Origin: Octopus bimaculoides
Lineage: Eukaryota
DNA length: 64,000 bases
Assembly (NCBI RefSeq): GCF_001194135.2
Contig: NC_068999.1
Coordinates: 16,406,177-16,470,176, forward strand
Reading direction: 5' to 3'
The translations under genes and the position numbers were made by a program. This document shows positions 54,294 to 64,000 of this stretch, in pieces. How positions within the stretch are numbered: position 1 is the stretch's first letter; every line of letters starts with the position of its first letter. The notes beneath the pieces are model-generated. The model saw nothing but the letters and a program-made list of their open reading frames with translations. It was not told where the DNA came from and did not search any database.

Positions 54294-55928
54294 ACTCACA
54301 CACCCACACACATACACACACTCACTCATACTTATGATCATAGCGACAGAGGCGTACCACTCTATGTGCGTATAGTGTTGGCATTCGTTTCTTCGCTGCA
54401 TTCTACCCATCGCTCATCCTGCACGTATCTCAATTGTCTCTGTATCTCTCTTTCACTTTTTTTTTTACTCCTCTTGATGCATTGTAGTGTAAAGCGAGAC
54501 TCGAGAAACCAGTCAACCAAGAACAACTTTCATATATATAGGGGGGGATGCATATGCGTGTGTGTCTATGTGACTATTATTATATAGAGATTTTTGTAAT
54601 TATAATTTTAAACTATACTCATTCACGTAAAAAGTTTTCAAATGTTTGAGGGTATAAAACTGATCTGGCCTTTTCACAGAAATTATTATGAAACACCATA
54701 GAAAATGTATACAAAATTCTTAATCAAGAGATTCCAGATCATGTGACAGCCGTCAAATACCATTCCCCAAATGAAGACCCAACACGTAACTATTTTCTGA
54801 ATACAAATGCAGGTTAAGTGGAGATAGAAACACATAGGTTATTGTCACCAGTTTCAAGCATGTTCTACAAATTTCACTCAAGGATAGTGACTCCTTCAGC
54901 GTTTAACTTTGTTTCCAAGTAGATCTTAATGGACTTGGTGAGGCGTTGACTGAAAAGGATAGTAAATGTGTCTCTGCTTCTTTTCTTTCAGCCTCCTTCC
55001 TTAAGAAATCTCGTCGTGGGTTTCGGAGTGAGGAAAGTTACGTAACATTCCAAACTGAAAAAGGACCTCTTTGTAATCTTTAAAATTCCTATAGCACAAA
55101 TATTCTGTTCGGAATATAATTTCATCGATTTGAATATAACAGCGCTTGAGTTACAGTAGATTCTTCGTTTCCCGTCAGTTTTATGTTTAAGCCCTTGTGA
55201 CATCAACTACCACCTGTGCCAATGTCAAAGACTAATATATATATATTCCCATTTATCTGGTGCAAGATATTTTGTCTTTAAACTCAGTAGGTTGTTTACA
55301 TTGTATTGAATAGTCCTGTAAACAATATTAAAGTTAAAACATGGTCTTGGTTTCCACTAATTGAATATAGAAACAAAAAAAGTTAAACAGGGTGAGATAT
55401 GTCAGTCATTTCAACTCAACAACAGTCGTTGAATGTCGATCGAATTTTAAACCAGGAAATGATATAAATTTCCTGAGAAATATAGTATGTAATACCAAAC
55501 TACGTAATATAAATAGAACAGCCGATTTGCGTGAACCCGCTTTAAATGTTCATTTGTGAGACAATATATTTCAGAGTTTTAAATCAACAAAATCTCACTT
55601 TGGAGAATTGTACCCAATACTGTAAAATAATTTATGGTCATTAATGTTGTGATAAATGTATTCTTTTTTCCTTTTCTTTTATTATTCATCCGCTATATAT
55701 TTCTATATATAAATCAGTAGAGAAACATTGATATCAAATTATTGATACCGATGTAAATGAGCAATGTAATTAAATGTTATTACTAAGGGACAGCAATAGT
55801 GAAATTATACTTCTTAACTCAATTATAATGTTACTATATTAGTACATAGATGCATTGAATTCAAAATATTTTGCAGAGCGCTCTGAATACTTAAACGATG
55901 CCGTATAGATATGTTACCGATTGGGGAG

Positions 55929-55971
<43 letters not shown>

Positions 55972-56816
55972 GTATAAATAAAGTATATATATATATATAT
56001 TTAAACATAGATATACATACACGTACGTGTGCGTACACATATAGACACATACACACACACACACTCGCACGCACACACACACGTTCATATNNNNNNNNNN
56101 NNNNNNNNNNNNNNNNNNNNNNNNNNNNNNNNNNNNNNNNNNNNNNNNNNNNNNNNNNNNNNNNNNNNNNNNNNNNNNNNNNNNNNNNNNNNNNNNNNNN
56201 NNNNNNNNNNNNNATATATATAATGATTTCTCTAAATATATCTGTCGATATGTCCCAAAAGATCAAGCAATATATTGTTTCTCCATTGATTTCAATGATA
56301 TGAGTATGAAAATAAAATTAACCTTTTTCGTATGTCTTCCTCGATATTTGATTATAGAATTGATTATAATATCTCTTCAGAAAATATCACTTACAGACAC
56401 AAAAATTACATTAACATGTTTTTCAAGCAGATTGACAGCGGTAAATAGAGACACTGAGAGAGAAGTTATTCAGGTACAGCTTTAGTTACAATACTAAGGT
56501 CAATAAGTTTGATCTCGTAAACATTAATATTTGTCTTGAGTAACAAAGTAATAAATTGTAAATGCATAGATTGTTTCTCTGTATTCTCTGTACTTAATTT
56601 AGCACTCAGAAATAAACCTACGTGCCTATAATTGTAAGACTTACATATGTGTGTGCGTTTTCCAAACTATTTCAGAAGTAAACAATGGCATTTTTGTGCG
56701 CTTGTGGCGGGCTTGCATATGTGTGTTTAGTGCTTGTTTATATGGGTATGTCCTGTGCACGTTAGTGTTCAGTATCGGTGCATGAATGGTGAGCATTTGT
56801 CTTTGTGACTATAGAT

Positions 56817-57145
56817 ATGGCTCAGTCATTAGAGCGTCTGCCTCGTAATCAAGACGTAGTGAGCTCGATTGCCGGACCGGGCTGTTTGTTGTGTTCCTGA
56901 AAAAGACACTTTATTTCACATTGCCCTGGGTCACTCAGCCATAGAAATGAGTTGCGACGTCACTGGAGCCAAGTTTTATCGGCTTTTTCCTTTCCCTTGA
57001 ATAACATCGATGGCGTGGAGTGAGGAAGCTGGCACGCAAGGGTGACTGCTGGTCTTTCAGAAACAACCTTGTACAGACTTGTGCCTCGGAGGGTAACTTT
57101 CTAGATGCAGTCCTAAAGTCTTTCACGATTGAAAGGGGGTGCTTT
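56817..57145 (+). mobile_element. tRNA-derived SINE (A/B-box head plus central domain), diverged
   Basis: tggctcagtcattagagcgtctgcctcgtaatc...gagctcgattgccggaccggg is followed by tgtgttcctgaaaaagacactttatttcacattgccctgggtcactcagc, which is shared with 23330-23522. Confidence 0.78.
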
Positions 57146-57469
57146 ATCTTTTTATATTTGAAAATGCAATTAAAGAAAATAAAGTTGTGAATTCAACGAG
57201 TTGTTAGAGATTGGAGTTCAATGAGGGGGTTGACGTGTTCGTCCAATAGCACTTTTCTTCTTAGATAGGAGACGAGAACGGGAAATATGCGGTCCGCATT
57301 GTGTATATCATAAAAGGAAGCGGAGACATGTCTGTTTTTGAGTTAGATTTTAATCCGAAAATCTGTTCGCAAATGGCTGAGAGGTTTTTCGAATATATAC
57401 CAACTTGCATGATAACAATTTCTTTCACAACATCTTAAGATTTAGAGGAAACTTTTTCTCAGTTAAATC

Positions 57470-58240
57470 GGCCATGCTACTGATCTGATATATCACTTTA
57501 TCGAGCCTTGAGTGATGTAGAATAAAGTCGACCTATGCGGTATTTGGACGCAGAACGAAAGGGCTGCAATGAAACTTGTCACCGACTTCTTAACAGTTCT
57601 ATCAATCAATATCCTGAATAATTATCATAGTTGTTTCTAAACTTGACACTGCGCCAGTAGTTTCTGAGTCGAGGAGGAAGTCGTTTGCATCGACCCCCAA
57701 ATAATTGAATGACTCTATTTTTATTCAGCCCAGAAAGATGAAAGACAAAGCAGACATCGGCGAAATTTGAACTCCGAACGTAAAGACGGACCAAATGTCG
57801 CTAAGTACATGGAACGAGGTGATAACTATTTTACCAGCTCATCGCCTTAATATCCACATTAATAACCATTACTGTTTAGAATTTAAGCATTAAGTGCCTA
57901 ATTTGGAATGAAGGATATTGGCCTATGTATGGAAATATGACAAGTAAAGTTGATGCCGATGAGATTTGAACTCAGAAGACAAAGATATAAAATAATTACC
58001 GAAAAGCATTTTGTCAGGCGCATTAACAAGTCGGACAATGCAGTGTCACAAAAGAGAATTAGTGACGAACTTTTCAGTTGATTTTACCCTTTCCACTACA
58101 TGACTGGCGTTTAATATTTAATGAACCCGAGAGCATGAACAGCAAAGATGACTAAGATTGAATTTGAACATAGAATGCTAAGAGTTAGTACAAGCCATTT
58201 TATCGATGCTCTAACGAGTCCACCAATCCATCGCCATTTT
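57470..58240 (-). mobile_element. Cluster of about four diverged family B SINE copies in the same orientation
   Basis: The aaagtcgac/aaagcagac/aaagttgat/aaagatgac...tttg(g/a)ac(g/t/a)...agaa motif recurs at ~57525, ~57750, ~57950 and ~58145. Confidence 0.65.
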
Positions 58241-61200
58241 ATTATTAATAATATGATATATCTCAGAGCATCACATTTCCATTAGCATGTTAAAGCTTTG
58301 TCCATTTACACCCTAGAAAATACATTCACCATGAATAATTTATACAGATTACTTTAAGTAATATTCTAGAGTAGCTACAGATCGTTACATTTCTCTAGTG
58401 TCCTTCGTAAAGGTGAAAATATTCGTGCTAGTGTCTAAAATATTCAAGATTCTGTGTAGTACTGGAAACTACTATTTTCAATACATTTTAGTTTCTAAAG
58501 AATTTGATTATCGTTAGTATAAATGTGTTGTTTAAAAAATTTCAATTACTCGTTCTCTTAATATATTCAGCTACTTAATTTTAATGAATTTTACATTGCA
58601 TAACACAAGAAAAGAAAAATTGACAAAAAATATTTATTATGAATTTTTATGTTTTTGACCTTAAACGAAACGTGTCCACAGGAATGATATACCCTCCATC
58701 TAAGCCTCTTAAAATATCAAGCGTCACCTATCTGCAAAGTGATTTCGAAATATTTTCGCTTGGAATTGATATTTCAAACATCAGGGCTCATTCATAACAT
58801 AGGTACCTGTTATTTAAATCGATTATATATACATTTTTAGGATAAAAGGATGTTAAACACGAAGTAAGAGAATGTATCAGATATTATGTCTCATAATGTG
58901 TACTCGTCCGATCAAACGGGGCTAAGCTATCTAATTTTCTTTATCACTGTTTTATACGTGGATTCACAATGGAACTGTGTTGTTCTACACGCAATGCAAA
59001 ATGGCTTTGAAATAATATGGACTTTATTATCGATACATTTACACCTGTGTTGCTATTTTCAGTGAGTAAACATGTGACGGGTCTCGAAAGTCGAGTTTCG
59101 TTTCATGTTTGTATTAGCACGTTTCCCCATATTGAGTATCTCACTTTCTTTCGTGTACAATTTTAGAGATTGAACGAATATATCTCTAATTTCCCGTTTT
59201 ATGGATCCTAATATAGATTTAGATATTAATGTACACGTACACAAATTTATAGAATGAATGCTTTACAATTAAAAAATTTGAAAGCGACGAATTATTTCCC
59301 CAAAACAACCGTTTTAGTAGAATAATAATATTCTTATATAATCGAAAACTGAATGAAGCTTAATATAGAACATATTCTAATTCAGATTAATACAGTGAAG
59401 CAGTTAATGTAAGTCCTAAAGAAAGAACTTAAATAATTTAACAGATACATCGAGTTTGACAAAGGCCACGCTTTCAAGAGAAATTCGGCTGGCAAAGCTC
59501 ATTTACTTGACATGAATTTTATGTCAGCAATCCCCGAGAAAAGATAAACGAAACACAACGCTCCAAGATTTGAATATTGAATGAAAACAACCTCCGGTGA
59601 CTCAATCGTCCGTTCTGTCCCTTAAATTATACAACAATGTTTAATAAACAATATCAAAATTTTGTTTAACTCGGCCTTGCTTTTTATCTTTCAGATAAAA
59701 TGGATAGAGTACTAGTCAGGCTGTAGGGTAGATGTAATCAACTGTTTTCCTTCCTCCAAAACATGTATGTTCTGTTACCGATACAAGAAAGTAATATTTA
59801 AATTGTTTTGGAAATTTTTCCATGTAATGCGCATTACATATGGAATATAGGAAATTATTTGAATGAACATTGTTTTTTGAGACCATATTGCAACAAATTT
59901 TCCTCACATCTATATCAGTTCATTATATGATACTTAAACAACATTCTCTACCTCTACTCCCCTTCACCTATTTTACTCTCATATTTGAAAATGTTTTATC
60001 AACATATTGACAATAAACATAATTCTTCTCAAAATTGTCAGCCTACGTGTGGTAGGGCAATTTTTCTTTGTCAATATGTATGAAAGTGCCACTTCAATCA
60101 ATTCAGATTTTGGCGATCAGAAAACTGGCCGGCATTGATTTAAATAGACACACACTGTTCAACCCCCGAGTGATAATATTGCGCTCTTCGGTCTTCTTGT
60201 GTCTGGAGGTAAGAAATTTTGAATAATTTACTTGACAAAAGTTTAATTGTTAAGCTACTAAATTGATTATTGATTATGACTGTTGAAAGAATCTCCAAGC
60301 TAATTTACATTGCTTAGTGAGTATGATTTTAAACCAATTAGATTCCAGACAACATTGGTGGTGTTTGTGACGTGTCTGTCCACTTGACACCGAAATGTCT
60401 CAAACAGGAAATAATATTTCTTTCACCTCTGCAAAGGACATTCATGAATTAATATATTAAATTCTATTAAAGAGAACATTTATTTAGGTTACGCAAGGTT
60501 TAACAGCTGTTAACCTGAATAGAATTTATATATCACAGCGATGCAGACAAAAGGTGTACGTTAAGACGACAAAGGGATAGCAGACATCGAATATGATTTT
60601 AAATAACATAACATTGCTATTATTGAAATATAAAAGCGAAGCTCACTATTCGGTAATTATTCAAGTAAAGGCAGTGAATCTGTAAAAACTGTTATTGAAA
60701 TATGATTATAATGCTCAAAATATCGGTATTTGTTTTTCAAAACAAGGAGGTGTATTTGAAAAATGTTTGTTGAACATTGTATATGACTCTCAAATCCACC
60801 ATAATTATCTAAGATTCCAATGTAAATTATCAAACCGCCGATGTTAAAATATGAAAGCAGTTTAAACACTTTCATAATTATTGAAGACAGCGTGCGGTAC
60901 TTCAGAACTGCAGAAGGTTAGAGAAAAGAATGAAGAGATTTTACATTCTACTCGGGAGTTCGAGTTCTAAGCAAACTGGATGTGCGCTTGCTTTTAATCA
61001 TTCAAGGGCGATGAAATAATTACCCGTGTATGTCTTTCACAGAACATTTGCGAATGAATGTAAACGTTTAGACAAATGATTAACGAAAATCGTGTGGGGC
61101 ATAATTTTCTCTTGTCTTTTGCAGGAATAAAAGCCACCATAGATGATTATGTATTCGATACCTACGCGATCAATTAATACACACACCAATCATATGTTGT

Positions 61201-61779
61201 GATGGGATCAATTATCTACAGAATTTAAAAAAATGATGACGATGTTGTAAATAGTATGCACCTCGGAATTCTAACTTTAAATATTACTAAATATTTATAC
61301 AATTTCTTCGAACAAAGATTCCTCTACACAACGTTTTAAAAGAAAATTTAATCAAAATTTCAAATTATTCGCCAATCTCGGATTTCTGTTTATTCACAAG
61401 AAAAGACTTTCACAGAAGCATCTGTACCATCTTCAAATTTACCTCAGGTGACTCTACTTTTCATACGTAATTATCTGTTAATCATTTCATACTGCTCTCC
61501 ATTCATAATCCATTAAATTCTGATGACAACCAGTCTTTAAAGCACGATCTACCCCAATATGTTCACACCTGTCTTGTAGACGTGTTGATCCATCCATTAA
61601 TTGCTTCCAAAGATATTATTACGTTTAACATATTTTCATCAGAAATAAAACTTAAAAGTAATTGTCAACATTTATAAAATGAGTTTACATACATACATAT
61701 ATGCATACATCCATGCATATACATACATACATAAATATATAATTGTGTCTGTGTTTATATATATATGCACACGCAGACA

Positions 61780-61817
<38 letters not shown>

Positions 61818-63513
61818 GGCACATCATATATAGATATGATCTGATAACTAATGTTCAGTTTTAAAACCGGATATGAAACGTCAACAAAATACAGAGATCG
61901 CCAAGTTTTCTACAATGCAAATATATTATTTCATTCTATAATGAGTTATATTCTATCATTTGTATATTGACATATGTAAAGAGATAGATCACACACAGAG
62001 ACACAGACATATATATATATATATNNNNNNNNNNTATATATACATATATGTTTCTGTGTGTTTAAGTATATATGTATGCACATTGTAAGAACATGTATTT
62101 TTATACATACGTTTAATTTGATGTCTTTGATTCTCTCTCAAATTTCAAGATGCATTTGATTTATGACCAATCCAGAATATTTTAATATTTAATCTCTGAG
62201 TTGGCAAATTTTCTTTAGCATCTTTATTAATGAAATCTGCATTACATCTAGATATATATACGTGTTTACCAATAACTTGCGCCGAATGTTCCAGTCTCGC
62301 CAATATAAATAGATATTCATACGACATATAGGAGTAAACATAAAACGATGCTAAATTGAGCATAGAATGAAATGAGACATATGACAAATAATCGTATTTT
62401 CTTTAAAAAAAAAGGTTATAAAGAATGAAATGTCTAGTGTTAAATCGCAGTGATTCACAAACAGAAATTCATATCAAAATCGATGCATACTAAGAATATT
62501 CCACTTTAAAAATATATCCATTTAGAATCTTATATACTATGACTATATCGCGAATCCTGTATAACACTCATTTTTCCCCTTAGTAAATCAATATGAAGTG
62601 ATTTTGAAAAGAAATGTCAATTATTTCTTTTAGCTTTCAGAAGAGTTGGAACGTAATTGTCATGGTATTCCGTCTTCTGTGAGTATGTGTAGATATTTAT
62701 AATTCTGGTGCCAAAAGAAATAGCATACGTCAATTTCGCTACTAAATTATGCCTCATTCCTGGATGACCATGTCATCATCACGTTGGCGAAATATTGCTG
62801 CTGTTCTTCAGTTCCGTTCACCTCTGATCTTGTAGTTTTTATGTCCGAAATTGATCAAGTCAATTATTAATCTATCAGAAGCTACATTGGATTGCACTGT
62901 ATCTGTTGAAGAAGAAATATGTATATGAGGATTTTGACAGCTGTTTTTAGTAAAGTACGACAGATAAATATACTTTCTTTTTTCAAGGCCTAGGTGAACC
63001 CTATTCGATCTTTCCCCAGCTCTCTGCTTTGTATAAGAACTGTTACTGTGTTTAATGTGTCCATTGTTCTGCTTTTAAAACTGTAGAGTGTGGCATACAT
63101 TCTCTGATATTTCTAACACGTCCGGCTAAACCTTAGAAGGTTATCTCCGCATGATCTCTTAGGTTATCCATAAAGATGTCCATGCTGCAATGAGTATTCT
63201 AGGAATACTGGTACTGCGCTTCCTCACACCAGCTGTCACATTATCATTGAAGTGCAACTGGGATGGTAAAGTGGATGTCTCTGTCTGGCAGCCAATACCT
63301 AGACACCTAAAAGTGTTAAAGGTAGCAAATCATACCATCTGCTGCTAAATCATATTTGCTTGCGAGTGACGGCTGTGGTAATCTAAAGGCAAAATCTGCT
63401 GAGCTGTCACATATTAATATATTTAATATAAATTATTAAGCCCGACAAATAGAGATACAGAATTACTTCTACATTGCTACAGTTACCATCGCTAAGGTTA
63501 CCAATTAAGCTAT

Positions 63514-63712
63514 ATTCTTTGTTACTCTAGGCACAAGGCTCGGAATGTTGGAGGAGGGGGCTAGGCGATTAGATCGACCGCAGTACGCAGCAGGTACTTA
63601 ATTTATCGACCCGGAAAGGATCTCAGGCAAAGTCAACCCCGGCGGTATTTGAACTCAGAACGTAAAGACAGACGAAATACCGCTAAGCATTTCTTCCGTT
63701 GTGCAAACGCTT
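63514..63712 (-). mobile_element. SINE family B, nearly full length (extreme 5' end missing)
   Basis: actctaggcacaagg...gattagatcgacc...ggtacttaatttatcgacccggaaagga...ggcaaagtcaaccccggcggtatttgaactcagaacgtaaagacagacgaaataccgctaagcattt is near-identical in parts to 21341-21555. Confidence 0.88.
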
Positions 63713-64000
63713 CTTATTTATTTACTGCCCACAGTTACAGATATACACTACTGTTGTGATACGAATCTAATGAGAAAGCGAACGAATCTGAAGATATGTA
63801 ACGGGAAGCAGTAAATTAATGAGATATTCAGTTTTGCAAATCTAATTGTATGATTCAAGGGCTTGTTTTTACTCAGATATCAAGAAGATGATAATTAAAA
63901 GCAACTCCATTTACTTTCGTAATTATGGCATTAGGAATTATTCACGGGTGAGACTAACACAAGTGCAAACATTACAGGCATAGTTTACATATCACGAATC

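Noticed and set aside
54702-55080. Plus-strand exon-like frames ENVYKILNQEIPDHV... and ASFLKKSRRGF...
   Set aside because: The first has a poor acceptor and the second no clear donor; no homolog is recognised.

Overview
AT-rich eukaryotic (animal) genomic DNA with no recognisable protein-coding gene. It reads as the inside of a very large intron or intergenic region. The SINE repertoire and microsatellite load resemble octopus/cephalopod genomes (inference from recalled repeat families, not a search). Contents: (i) dense (TA)n/(TG)n/(AAT)n/(AGAT)n microsatellites and 15 N-gaps, mostly next to TA/GA/CA-type tracts, which account for nearly all long ORFs in the supplied track; (ii) about 20 full or partial tRNA-derived SINE copies from several families, most on the minus strand; (iii) decayed retroelements: an R2-group/HERO-like RT (~2.3-4.35 kb), an RTE-clade LINE 3' half (~6.5-7.25 kb) and a probable Penelope-like fragment (~16.7-17.15 kb); (iv) two Tc1/mariner MITEs with TA target sites. 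Two signals are not explained by these repeats. One is a textbook recursive-splicing-type site on the minus strand (25/27-pyrimidine tract + TAG|GTAAGT at 37958/37957), followed by a 125-nt exon-like segment with stops in all three frames and a downstream AAG|GTATGT donor. The other is a type I hammerhead ribozyme fold with a fully intact catalytic core on the same strand (52531-52640). Both are sequence-level predictions that need RNA data.
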